Positions 28,501 through 38,500 of a stretch of DNA of 64,000 nucleotides are shown here, in pieces (within the stretch, counting starts at the first letter, position 1; each line of letters opens with the position of its first letter). Location: assembly GCA_965224765.1 (NCBI GenBank), contig CBDDAC010000029.1, forward strand, positions 488,039-552,038. The letters run 5' to 3'. Position numbers and translations under genes: made by a program. Under the pieces are notes generated by a model. That model was not told where the DNA came from, made no database searches, and saw only the letters and a list, made by a program, of their open reading frames with translations. This DNA is from Mariniblastus sp. GTDB lineage: Bacteria > Planctomycetota > Planctomycetia > Pirellulales > Pirellulaceae.

Positions 28501-30846
28501 GATTCCCGTGAGAATCCTCTCGGCTGAGCTCATTAATGCGGTCGCACGGCGATTGCGTGCTTCGTTGAGTTGAAGCTTTTTGTTGTCGAAGGCGGCGTAT
28601 ATCTCTTCGCGTTTTTCGGCAAGCTGAATAATGAATTCATCAAACTCAGAGAATCGACCCTCGAGTTCTTCGACCTGAACCATCATTTTGGTCAGGTACT
28701 CATCACACTTTTGAGGTGACTCGCAGACATCTAAATAGTTAACGATCGCCTGGCTCAGCAGTTTCAATTGCGAGTTGAACTCAGCTGCGCCCTCCACCGA
28801 CATCAACGATTGGGATTTTTTCTTGAGCTGAGCGCGGGTCTTGTTGAGATTGGCATAGATCGTCGAAATATTGTCGATGATCTGAGTCCGTTTGGTCGCG
28901 TCATCGATTTTCAAATTGCTGACGATGTCGATCAGCATTTCCAACTCACTCGAGCCGTTGGAAATTTCCTCTCCGAGTTTTTTGGCTTCGACAACGGTAG
29001 CGATTGACTCGATAGACGACTGCTGAGAGTCGACGCGGTCGGTATAAGGCTTGAGCGAATTTTCCTTCAGCAGAAAACCAACACACTTCTGAGACAGGTT
29101 TTCCGTTTGTTCCGCAATACGTTGTTCCAGCAAGTCGATCGCTTCGAGATCAACGTATTTGAGTTCCTTGAGCGAAATGACCGAACCACGAGTCATTCGC
29201 AATTGGCCAAGTGACTGGACAAAATCATCGATTTGTCGGTAAGGTCGAACCTTGGCGTCCGAGATGGCTTTTTCAGCCTCAGTTGATGTGTTTTCAAACT
29301 GCTCGCGCGTGTTGCTGCGGACACGAATGACCTTGTCAAACTCATCAACCGCCGAGGTTGCCGCGGCATTAATCTCAGCAACGGTTTCGTTTAGGTTAAA
29401 CGTTTCAGAGTTTCCGAGCCAGAAGTAGGCATCGACGATGTCGCCCGACTTTTTGACGAGATCGTCATAGAGGCCGGCATAGGAATCGTCCTTCTTGATC
29501 AAGTTGATCAATTCACTGCACTCGGACATCGCTCGAACGACTTCGCGATTGCCAATCTTGTACAGATAGGAATCCGTTTTCGCATCAGTCGTCACATCGC
29601 TTCCGACAAACGGGGTTTGCCAGATTTGCAGGGCGTGGTGCTTGACCGGAGTTTCGTCGCTTCGAAAACAGATCTGCCGGCCGTCTTCAAACAGAGAAAA
29701 TCCGTTGCAGATGAGTGGCGTTTGCACCTGTTGTTCGATCATGTTGTACGAAAGCAGCACATAGTGCCCCGACTCTTGATGGAAAAAGACGTACAAAAAG
29801 TCTTCACCATTTGCGGCAGCAATCCGCTTTTCGAACATCAGCCCACTGAGGCCACTTTCAAATGTTTTGTGTTCACCCGATTGAAGATAAAAGCCGTTAG
29901 AAAAGATGAGGCCATGATCTTCTGGCAGCAGAACGCATGCCTGTTCAATCGCGTCCATTCGAGCGACGCGTTGCGTTTTTTCGTTGAAGATCAGGTAGCG
30001 ATAGTCATTCTCTTTGAAGGGTTTGATCTTCAGCAGAATCAAATTGCCGACACAGGCGTAGAAGATTTCCGCATCGTCCAGCGTTTGATCCGCATTTTCA
30101 ACGGGTTCACGATATATTCCCAATCCGTCGTCCGTGTTATCCTCGACTTTGACGGTCAGGTCTCCGCCAACAGTCTCCACGAATACGCGATCCTCGATCG
30201 AGATATGAGGGTGTTGTCCGCTGCGGTGCAGGTCTCGGTGGGTGCGCTTCCACTCAAAGTCATGTTGAGGAGGAAACTTCACCTCATGGTCGCTTCGATT
30301 GTCGACGTACTTCAAGCAACCTTCTTCGATCAGAAACTTGAAGCTCTTGATGTCCGTGACGGATTTGCCGACTTGGAAAACAAGATACAAGTAAGGCCCA
30401 ATGACCTGAAATTTACTGAACGATGTATCTTTGTAATACTTGTAGAGTTGTTTGAAATCGTGTTCGAAGTTGGGATTGTTAAGCAGGTCAAGAGATTCCT
30501 CGACGAAATGCTCACCTTCGGAATGGTAGACGGAGAACACGTCTTCCATTTTGGTTTCCGTACGCAATCCGATGTAGACGTTGTAGCCGAACAGCAAGCG
30601 GTTTCCGACAGCGACGATGTCGCAGGCCACACAATTGTTGGCCGTATTGATTCGTTCCGTACCTTTCAGCTCCGTTGGAATGGAGCCAAAGACATCGCGT
30701 CGCAGCTCATTCAGAAGCTCCATGCGATTTCGCAATTCGCCGGCATGAGTTTCCAGGCGATTGCGAATGATCTCGTAGGTGCTTCGTTCAAGCTGCGATT
30801 CGGTCGCGGATTGCGAGTCGGTTGATTTGGATGGATTCTCGGCCAT
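25534..30846 (-). CDS. Giant (1770 aa) protein with a MoxR/AAA_5-type AAA+ ATPase domain, encoded downstream of flotillin
   Basis: Walker A is LISPPGYGKTTL, Walker B is VMIYLDDIQHCNPEFLQ. Sensor motifs follow in VCVVMAGNPYTESGEKFQIPDMLANRADTYNL, paralleling the MoxR LADEINRAPP...ATQNP...LPEAQLDRF pattern. The N-terminal roughly 450 aa are beta-rich, followed by a roughly 700-aa helical/coiled-coil region. Confidence 0.7.
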   Translation of the reverse strand: MAENPSKSTDSQSATESQLERSTYEIIRNRLETHAGELRNRMELLNELRRDVFGSIPTELKGTERINTANNCVACDIVAVGNRLLFGYNVYIGLRTETKMEDVFSVYHSEGEHFVEESLDLLNNPNFEHDFKQLYKYYKDTSFSKFQVIGPYLYLVFQVGKSVTDIKSFKFLIEEGCLKYVDNRSDHEVKFPPQHDFEWKRTHRDLHRSGQHPHISIEDRVFVETVGGDLTVKVEDNTDDGLGIYREPVENADQTLDDAEIFYACVGNLILLKIKPFKENDYRYLIFNEKTQRVARMDAIEQACVLLPEDHGLIFSNGFYLQSGEHKTFESGLSGLMFEKRIAAANGEDFLYVFFHQESGHYVLLSYNMIEQQVQTPLICNGFSLFEDGRQICFRSDETPVKHHALQIWQTPFVGSDVTTDAKTDSYLYKIGNREVVRAMSECSELINLIKKDDSYAGLYDDLVKKSGDIVDAYFWLGNSETFNLNETVAEINAAATSAVDEFDKVIRVRSNTREQFENTSTEAEKAISDAKVRPYRQIDDFVQSLGQLRMTRGSVISLKELKYVDLEAIDLLEQRIAEQTENLSQKCVGFLLKENSLKPYTDRVDSQQSSIESIATVVEAKKLGEEISNGSSELEMLIDIVSNLKIDDATKRTQIIDNISTIYANLNKTRAQLKKKSQSLMSVEGAAEFNSQLKLLSQAIVNYLDVCESPQKCDEYLTKMMVQVEELEGRFSEFDEFIIQLAEKREEIYAAFDNKKLQLNEARNRRATALMSSAERILTGIQSRMAGLGTVDEINSYFAADLMIEKVRDIVEQLDELDESVKVDDIQSRLKTVREDAVRQLRDKNELYVEGQNVIKFGEHKFSVNIQQLDLTTVLKEGDTWFHLSGTNYFEKIEDELFETSRDVWDQAIVSENREVYRAEYLAYLLLQESMTSEPSLKDLAQFDSIQLNGHVQKFMAPRYSEGYIKGVHDHDATLILGSLCKLTEKLDLLQYSASARVLASVFWNQLDAPIKNNLAAKLKGMAEAQQLFGAVSGREKYISQLELLINEFIEESAFSESRYAAAASECLYDQLVIARTFVASAAAIHLVADFEKHLKREDSKGVLVQSLKSRTLSGVDRYQIANDWIRSYLAHKQITISDDIIDEAASIFADATRGKPKIIDANPVVTVSGLLGDHPLVDAQNYQLNYNQFMDRLRLFEDETVPRYNNFVHLKKDLTDSRRQELRLDEFKPRVLTSFVRNKLINDVYLPMVGANLAKQIGVVGENKRTDLMGLLLLISPPGYGKTTLMEYIANRLGITFVKINGPAIGHRVMSLDPSEAPNASARDEVEKLNLALEMGDNVMIYLDDIQHCNPEFLQKFISLCDATRRIEGVFRGRTRTYDLRGRKVCVVMAGNPYTESGEKFQIPDMLANRADTYNLGDVIGDSLEAFELSYLENCLTSNSTLAKLNSRSRQDIYTIAEMAQHPDAPPKSLEGNYSIEEINEFVGVMQKLLTVRDVILRVNREYIDSAAQADDYRTEPAFKMQGSYRDMNKIAERIVPIMNESELQILIMSHYENQAQTLTTGAEANLLKFRQMTQQMDEEQAARWEDICRTYKRNLVLGAAGGDDQLGQIIAQMTTFSDGLHGISSTLDKSMKTMLAKDDNESESLQAVTLREISRVVGELAKFNGTLESIKIAYEQHGETIAKLPRHLSEHKIEVVNKVPNVILNVLRNQFRVLQTWMEPILKLAETNPQAESFVRASKATEANYQRLMDKMASEEEEAPEDDGATH

Positions 30847-30986
30847 GGACCAAAATTGGATTGAGTTGGGAATGGGTAAACGAAAGAGGCCAGTTTTACT
30901 GACCCGTCAGCGAATGACTGACGTCTCAATCGAAGGAAACGTCAGTCGTCAAGAGTTGCACCTCGAGAGTTACAACCAACTGACCA

Positions 30987-33014
30987 CTAGGCTTTACCTT
31001 TCGCCAGGTTCAATGTCGATGCCTTGGCCGACGACAATCCAGCTCGATTTGCCATGCTGATCATTCCCTGCAACTTGCCCATGACACCTGTGTCATTGGT
31101 TTGTCCCATCATTTGGCCGATCAAAGCGGCAACGGATAGATTCTTCATGTCTTCGGTACCGATACCGAACATCTCCACGTAATTACCCAACTCAGATTTG
31201 AAGTGTTCAGGATCACCATTGAAGAAGGTTTCTTTGACGTCAGTCAATACAGTGCTGCCTTCGACAAGTCGATCGACCTGTTTTCCAGCCGTGATGCTTC
31301 CGACGATATTCTCAAAGAATTTGTTGTCCCCACCGACGATGTCGATGTTGGCGCTCTTGAGTGCTTCCCCGACCATTTCAGCCTGTGCTTCAGCGATCCT
31401 GTGTTGAGTCGCGATGGCTTCCAATTCAATTTCCTTGTCTTTGTTCAGTCGAAGTTTGAACTCTTCGTGCTCGCGACCTACGCCATCGAACAACTTCATC
31501 GCTTCGGCTTTCTGGGTGATGCCTTTTGCGTCGGCATTGAACTTCAATTCTAGAACCTGTGCTTCGGCCGTACCTTCTTTCTTGAGGGCATCGGCTTTTG
31601 CCAGCGTGACTTCTGCTTCGGCCAATCCAGATGCAGCCTCTTCTGCACGAGTCGCATCGGCCAGCATTTTCTTGGCGTCTGTTTCTTTCTCCGCCGCGGT
31701 GCGCTCGGCTTCGGCTGTGATCACGACGGTTTCCGCTTTCAACTCAGCTGATTGTTTCTCTGCTTCGGCAGCTTGAACTTGAACAACCAAATCCTGCTGT
31801 GCGGTTTGTTCGGCAGCGGTAACGGCGACTTGCTTTTTACGATCGGCATCGGCGAATTCGCGGGTGTCTTTGATTTTCTCTTCTTCTTCAACCACTTCAC
31901 GTTCGACCATAACACGCTGGCGGATGACATCTTGAATGTTCTTCTTCTCGACTTCGACCGCTTTTTCTTTTTCGATTTCCGCCAGGGTTACCACTCGTTC
32001 GCGTTCTGTGATCTCGAGACCGCGATCTTTCTCGACTCGTTCAGTCTCGACGGCATCGGTACGTTCTTTGTTCTTGGCGGCAACGATGATGGAGCGAAGC
32101 TTATTCTCTTCGGCGACTTGGATTTCTTCTTCGGCGGTGATCTTTGCGGTTTCAGAGCGTTGTCGTTCCTGTTGGCTGACAATTTCCGATTCGGCTCGCT
32201 CTCGCGCTTTGATTTCCGTGATTTCACGAAGCTGTTTTTCTTCGGCTTCGGCTTGTTGTTTTTCTAGTTCCAGAATGGCTTCGCGAGCTTCGACGTCTTG
32301 TTTGGTGATCGTCTTTTCTTTTTCGCGACGAATGAAGTTGGCTGCCACCTGCTCTCTGGCCGTCAGGTCGGTAATCTTCTTAATACCCTCAGAATCGAGG
32401 ACATTGTTCACGTTGAGTCGCTCAATGGGTGTTTGCTCAAGAAAGTCGATGGCGACATCGTCCAGAACGTAACCATTGAGGTCGGTGCCGATGACCTTTT
32501 TGATTTCGTCGCGGAATTCTTCACGAGAGTTGTACAGATCGACAAAGTCAAACTGCTTGCCAACGGTTTTCAGGGCTTCCGAGAATTTCGGCTCGAAAAG
32601 CTGAATCAGAGAGGTTTCACTTGAGGCGCGTTCGCAACCCAGAAACTGAGCAACGTCAGCAACGCTTTTCGTGTCCTTGTTGACTCGTACAAAGAAATCA
32701 ACACGGATGTCAGCGCGGATGTTGTCTTTACAGATCAAGCCATCCTCACCGTTCCGATCGATGCCGACTTTCTTGACGGTGATATCCATCAATTCAACCT
32801 TGTGAACGACGGGAAAGGCAATCATTCCGTCAAAGGTAACCTTGGTTCCACCCATTCCGTTTTTCACCAAGGCGGTACCTTGAGGAACCTTTCGGTAGCA
32901 GTTGATGACCAGCACCAAGAGTCCGCCGAAGGTCAATACGATCATTCCGGCTATTGTGGCAGTGAGCATAAATGGAAACCCACTATCTTGACCGAGAAGC
33001 AAAATCAAATTCAT
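30987..33014 (-). CDS. Flotillin-family SPFH/band-7 protein (FloT/YqiK-like)
   Basis: An N-terminal TM is followed by an SPFH domain (LVKNGMGGTKVTF...ICKDNIRADIRVDFFVRV...LIQLFEPKFSEALK). A very long E/A/K-rich flotillin coiled-coil comes next. The start codon abuts the NfeD stop, indicating translational coupling. Confidence 0.85.
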   Translation of the reverse strand: MNLILLLGQDSGFPFMLTATIAGMIVLTFGGLLVLVINCYRKVPQGTALVKNGMGGTKVTFDGMIAFPVVHKVELMDITVKKVGIDRNGEDGLICKDNIRADIRVDFFVRVNKDTKSVADVAQFLGCERASSETSLIQLFEPKFSEALKTVGKQFDFVDLYNSREEFRDEIKKVIGTDLNGYVLDDVAIDFLEQTPIERLNVNNVLDSEGIKKITDLTAREQVAANFIRREKEKTITKQDVEAREAILELEKQQAEAEEKQLREITEIKARERAESEIVSQQERQRSETAKITAEEEIQVAEENKLRSIIVAAKNKERTDAVETERVEKDRGLEITERERVVTLAEIEKEKAVEVEKKNIQDVIRQRVMVEREVVEEEEKIKDTREFADADRKKQVAVTAAEQTAQQDLVVQVQAAEAEKQSAELKAETVVITAEAERTAAEKETDAKKMLADATRAEEAASGLAEAEVTLAKADALKKEGTAEAQVLELKFNADAKGITQKAEAMKLFDGVGREHEEFKLRLNKDKEIELEAIATQHRIAEAQAEMVGEALKSANIDIVGGDNKFFENIVGSITAGKQVDRLVEGSTVLTDVKETFFNGDPEHFKSELGNYVEMFGIGTEDMKNLSVAALIGQMMGQTNDTGVMGKLQGMISMANRAGLSSAKASTLNLAKGKA

Positions 33015-33647
33015 CTAGTTACTCTCCAGTTTCGCCAATTCAACGAGGCATACATCTTTTTCGCGATCATAAGCCACGATCATAACGACATTGCCTTTTT
33101 GCAATGTCTGACCGGATTCATTTCTCGCATTTAGAACCATCAAAGGTCCATCAATATTAATTTCAATCTCGCCATATGTTTGGTCGAGTTTCAACGTGTG
33201 CACGACCGCAGTTTGCCCAATCAAATCATTTCGATCAAACTGGCGATCCACCGAACGAAAAACTCGCGCGATCGGAGCAACACAAATTTTGGTTAACAAT
33301 AGGCTGACGGTTCCGCAAGGGAATAACCACATCGCGGTCGTCAACAGGTCGAACTCCGGATTCAAGTAGTGATTGGTACACACTGTTGAGATCCAGAAGA
33401 ACAACGAGAAAAACGACAGGATTAACATCAATGGAACTTGCCCAATATGGAAAAAGGCAAACATCGTTCCGAGGAAACCTTCTGCTAAATGTAGGTCCGC
33501 ATCTCCGTCCATGTCGGCATCGACATCAAAAGCATCGATTCCAACTGCACCAAAGATCACGAATAACCAATACAATGCGACTAAGCCTAACAACGAGGTT
33601 GCCAGTATGTTCGCCGAGTTGGTAATTTCGATCAGGAATTCGCCCAT
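33015..33647 (-). CDS. NfeD-family membrane protein (YuaF/YqiJ-like)
   Basis: 210 aa with several N-terminal TM helices and a C-terminal OB-fold-like region (GQTAVVHTLKLDQTYGEIEINIDGPLMVLNARNESGQTLQKGNVVMIV). It sits immediately upstream of flotillin in the canonical nfeD-floT arrangement. Confidence 0.75.
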   Translation of the reverse strand: MGEFLIEITNSANILATSLLGLVALYWLFVIFGAVGIDAFDVDADMDGDADLHLAEGFLGTMFAFFHIGQVPLMLILSFFSLFFWISTVCTNHYLNPEFDLLTTAMWLFPCGTVSLLLTKICVAPIARVFRSVDRQFDRNDLIGQTAVVHTLKLDQTYGEIEINIDGPLMVLNARNESGQTLQKGNVVMIVAYDREKDVCLVELAKLESN

Positions 33648-34002
33648 CGTTTACTCATTAAGTTATGGAGGGAAGTTTTGCGGTGGTTTGATCAACCGTT
33701 ATCACGCGCAATCCGAGCGCAAAAATAGCTTAACGTTATCTGGCCGCACAAAGAATGATGCTCAATTGCTCCCAATTCAACTGAGCAGACAAGGTAAATG
33801 CCATTCACATCGATGTCGAGAATTTCAGGGTCACGAAGATAGTCAACTTGATGTTCTGCATTTTGAACGGTATTCGCTGCAGGGTCATGAATATTGCCGA
33901 GAATCCCTTTCGGTGCGTTCAAATCCTGGTTTTTGCCCCTTCATATGATCCTTAGGCTTTGGCGAAATCGCAGTTAACGGGTGGCATGATCGAGGCTCCC
34001 GT

Positions 34003-34036
34003 GCAAAAAAAAACGCCCAGGCGAATAGCCTGAGCG
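34003..34036 (-). terminator. Rho-independent terminator downstream of the TlpA-like gene
   Basis: On the minus strand the hairpin cgctcaggc-tattc-gcctgggcg is followed by nine T (plus strand tgcaaaaaaaaacgcccaggcgaatagcctgagcg). It begins about 30 nt after the stop at 34065. Confidence 0.7.
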
Positions 34037-34064
34037 TGAGAAAAACGACATTGGCGATGAAGGA

Positions 34065-35312
34065 CTATTTGTCCTTCTTTTTTGCCTTGGGTTTGTCTTC
34101 GTCTTTGTCTTCGTCATCGTGGGTGATTTCAACTTCGTGGCCCATCTCAGCGAGAAGCGTTGTGACGGCGTTGTCCATTTTGGCGCCTCGAACACCTTTG
34201 TAGCGAATGACACCATCAGCATCGAGAACATAAATCGTCGGCCAACCTTGCACACCCCATTTGGTAGAGATGGGTCCGCCGGTCCCGTCTGGACCATTCC
34301 AGAAGCTTCGCCAAGTAATATTCTTCTCTTTGACAACCTTCTGAATTTCTTCCAGGTCTGGATCACTATTTACGCCGATCAGTGCAAAAGGCTTGTCTGC
34401 CAATTGTTTTACGAGCGACCGCTCGTGTGGGAACATCGCCCGGCAAGGAGGTCACCAATCGCCCCAGAAGTCGATTACGACAACTTTTCCACGATAGTCA
34501 CTCAGCTTGAACTCGACTTCATCAAGATCGGCGCCTTCAATATCGGGAGCAACTTTGCCGATTTGCAGATATCGCATTTCAAACAATTTGCTCTCGGCCA
34601 TTTCACCAAGAGTGCCGCGTCCAGCATCAACGTCAGAGTAGTTTTCCACGATGGACTCAAAAAGTTGTTCGACTTCCGCATCGATGGCTTTTGCAGACCA
34701 TTTTGTCATGAACGCTTCGCCACCGTCGCCGATTGATTCCAGCATTCGTTTCTGACGTCGTTCAGAAGCATCATGAAAACTAGAGAGGCTCGATAGCATT
34801 GAGGCCAGGCTCATGGTGGCATAGCCTTTGACTTTGTCGTGTGGACTGACTTCGATAAGCTTGCGGAGCAATGCTTCCGAATCAGGGCCTGGTTTTCTTG
34901 CGAATGATCTTGCAACGGCGGCAAGTTCCTCCGAGTCGTTGAACTCTGACATGAGGGTTTCAACTGCAGAGTCGGCGATGTCACCTTGGGAGCTTTCAAT
35001 AACCCAAACCAGCATCTGGAGGGCCTCTGCCTCTTCGGCACCTTCAACGAGCCCAAGAACTTTTGTGCCCAGCTCTTCCGTCGCGTCCGCGAACTCCAAG
35101 TTGATGGCTTCCTTCTCTTCATTCGTTGCGTTGCGAGTTTCTTTTCGCTGCTTGCTACGCAATTTTGAGAATGCCCGTTTTGCATCGCGGAATTGCTCTG
35201 CGATTGTAGGTTCTTCTTCCTGCTTTGAGTCAGCCTTTTCATCGTCTTGCGCGATCAAAATGGGGGCCATCAAAAGCAGTAACATTAGCGACAATAGCCA
35301 ACGCAGTTTCAT
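34065..35312 (-). CDS. TlpA/ResA-like secreted thiol:disulfide oxidoreductase, candidate selenoprotein with in-frame TGA at 34452..34454 (W-U-P-P-C)
   Basis: ORFs 34452..35312 and 34065..34436 are in the same frame and are separated only by TGA plus five codons. Read through, they give ...DYRGKVVVIDFWGDW-[TGA]-PPCRAMFPHERSLVKQLADKPFALIGVNSDPD...GWPTIYVLDADGVIRY, a textbook TlpA fold with TGA at the first active-site Cys. An N-terminal signal peptide and a helical domain precede it. Confidence 0.6.
34411..34426 (-). promoter_or_regulatory. SECIS-like hairpin downstream of the in-frame UGA
   Basis: The mRNA reads ACGAGC-GGUC-GCUCGU, a 6-bp perfect stem with a GGUC apical loop. Its 5' base lies 26 nt after UGA, so the loop is at +35 to +38. 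The loop resembles the E. coli fdhF SECIS apical loop. Confidence 0.4.
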
Positions 35313-35558
35313 CGTGTTACTCCAATAGAGGTGTTTGGGTTAAGGGGTTGTGTAGCATACCAGCTTTCTTGCCAGATGAGTGATGTCGAAGCGCTGAATC
35401 GATCACAAAAAGTAGCTGAGCGTACAAGCCCCGACGTTGATACTAAAATCTTCTGCTTCACTTTATTGCAAATTAGGCGGGACAAGTTCATCAACATAAA
35501 AAAAGCGTTGATATCCAGAGATAGCAACGCCTTGTTCAGGGTTTGAATGTCCGACGAA

Positions 35559-38500
35559 CTACTGGTTCCAGTCGGGGATTTTTCGGCCAGGAGTCCATGG
35601 TGCACCCGCTTCATCGAGTTGTTCGAACAAGCTCTGGACATCGTCTTCAATCAGCGTCTGCAAGTCTCCAATGACTTCGCGGTATTCTTCGCCCGCAATT
35701 TCGAATTGACGTTGATGGGTACCGGTGGGGCCCGTCAATGAGCCCATCACGCCACCCATCATCGTGCGAATCCGAGACTGAAGACCAGGATATGCCGATT
35801 CGTTGCGCAGCGATTTGGTCGGATCGCCATTGAATTTTTCCATAATATCCATCAAGCGAAGTTCCAACTCGCGAACTTCGTTTACCAGGGTCGGATCCAA
35901 ATCGGGTGTTCGCTCGATGACTCCTTTGATCGAAGCCAGTTGGGATTGAACTTCCTGGGCAACACTTGTTGCTGCAGATACGGCATCGGACAACCCAGCA
36001 GCTTCCGTGGCAAATTCGATGATGGCGCCTCGATCAATTTCGGAATCACCACCAAAGTTGAGTGGTTCGATTTCAAACTCCGTTGCTCCGATCAATTCGG
36101 TGACTTCCCCTTCGACCATCTGAGAGACCTCAATGGTGTAGGTTCCTGGAATTGCCATGGGGCCACCGCGGCGTCCAAATCCTTCAACACTGAAATCCCA
36201 TTGAGTTCGATGAAGCCCCTTGGAGGTGCTTCCAGGAAGTCGACGAACCACGTCGCCAAAAGAATCGCGGATCGTCAAAGTAACCTTCGGACCGATTTCG
36301 CGATCCTCAGCTTTGAGTTCATCCCAGGTAGGGTAGGGGGCGTCGCGACCGGCGGTCGCAGCCTTGCCGTCTTTTGCCGTTCTTTCAGATTTTTTCGACT
36401 TGAGTGAATCCTTCAGATGATAAGTAAAGTTGACTCCAAAGGCCGGATTGGGCGCGGAGAAAAAGTTGGCACCCTGGAATGCTCTACGACCCACCGCAAG
36501 TGGAGCAGATTGCATAAACATCTGGCCCTTCTTGATCGGAAACATCTTGTTAGTCTCCAGCGTTTCCTCGGAAAGCTCGCGAAGTGGTGTGTAGTCATCC
36601 AGAATGTAGAATCCACGTCCGAATGAAGCGAGGACCAAATCGTTTTCACGTGCTTGAATCTCGATATCACGAATGCCGACGGTTGGAAGGCCAGCACTCA
36701 ACTCAATCCATTTCTCGCCACCATTGATTGTAAAGTAGCAACCAAATTCCGTTCCACAGAACATCAGTTTCGGGTTCACGTGATCTTGTTTAATGGTGTA
36801 AACACTTCCACGTTCAGGAAGATCACCCGTGATATCTGTCCACGACTCGCCTCGATCTGTCGACTTGACGATGTAGGGTCGGAAGTCACCACGCTTATGG
36901 TTGTTGACTGCGACATAAACCGTATCCGCGTCGTGAAGATCGGCTTCGATATCGTTGATGTAACCAAACTCAGGAACTTCCAGCGAACCAAATTTTCCGA
37001 TCGCTTGCCAGGTGCCGCCACCATCTTGAGTGACTTGCACCATGCCATCGTCGGTACCCGCATAAATCAAGCCTTCTTCGAATGGAGATTCGCTGAGGCT
37101 AACGATTGTTCCATAGAGTGATGTGGACGCATTTTTGGCAACGGAATCAACTCCCCATACCCGACCCATCACTTTCAGCGTGTTGCGGTCGATGTTCCGT
37201 GAAAGGTCTTCACTAATGGGCGACCAGTTGTCACCGCGATCGTCGCTTTGGAAAAGGATCTGAGAGCCGTAGTAAATCCTCTTGCTGTCATGAGGTGAAA
37301 TCAAAAGGGCTGAATCCCAGTTCCAACGAAGGGTGGGACCGCCTTTTTCTGGCTGTGGTTTGATGTCGACTCGGGTTTGGGTTCGGCGATCAAATCGAAT
37401 CAATCCACCATACTGCCACTGAGAATACACGGTGTTGGGATCGTCAGGATCAACCGCAGGATCAAAGCCATCACCAAAGACGGTAATGAACCAGTCGCTA
37501 TTTCGAATCCCGTGAATGTTGGTTGTTTGAGAAGGTCCACCCTGTGTCGCGTTGTCCTGAGTCCCGCCATAAACGAAATAGAATGGCAAGTCGTTACTGA
37601 CTGCGACCTTGTAGAACTGGGTGATCGGAAGGTTTGCTTTGAAATCGTACGTTTTCCCGCGATCCCAAGTTTCATAAAGGCCACCATCGCATCCAATGAT
37701 CAGGTGGTCCTGGTCGGCGGGATCGATGACCAACGCGTGGTTGTCAACATGTTTGTCCGCTTCACCGAGTGATTCGAAATTTTGGCCGCCATCCTCACTG
37801 ACCATCATGTAAGTATCCAGCGAATAGATGCGATCTAACTTGTGAGGACATGCAACAATTTCCTGGTAGTACTGTGGGCTTCCAGAAACGTAATCGCCCA
37901 TTCGAGACCAAGTTTCACCTCGGTTAGCACTTCGGTAAAAACCACTTTGACTACCGGTTGCTTCGACGACCGCGTAAAGAATTTCGGGATTGACCGGCGA
38001 AATGTCCATCCCGATTCGGCCTTTGTCACCGCCTGGCAATCCGCGGTTGATTTTCCGCCAGGTGGTACCGCCGTCAGTTGATTTGTGAATACCCGATTCT
38101 GGCCCACCATCAATTAGAACCCAGGTGTGTCTTCTTCGCTGATAAGACGAAGCGTACATGATGTTTGGATTTGTGGGATCCAAGTGAACTTCGTTAATTC
38201 CGGTATCTTTACTGATGTCGAGAACTTTGCTCCAGGTCGAACCCCCATCGATCGTTTTGTAAAGTCCTCGGTCGCCACCTTCGCTCCAGAGCGGACCTTG
38301 TGCCGCAACGAACACAATGTTGCTATCGTCGGGATGAACAACGATTTTGCCGATGTGTTCACTGTTTTCCAAGCCGACCCGCTTAAAGCTTTGTCCGCCA
38401 TCAGTGGATTTGTACAGTCCATCGCCATAGCCGACGGAACGCTGTGAGTTATTTTCTCCTGTACCGACCCAGATCGTAAAACGATCGTTGGGGTCAATCG

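Noticed and set aside
31200-32700. Multiple plus-strand ORFs (31203..31553, 31414..31776, 31752..32267, 31936..32472, 32298..32624) with low-complexity S/A/R/F-rich translations
   Set aside because: They lie antisense to the E/A/K-rich coiled-coil region of the flotillin gene. They are compositional artefacts of the repetitive GAA/GCN codons on the opposite strand, not genes.
33650-34000. Possible small gene or RNA in the 350-bp gap upstream of nfeD
   Set aside because: Only short ORFs antisense to nothing recognisable (33692..33922), with no conserved structure. It is more likely the promoter/5' UTR region of the nfeD-floT operon.
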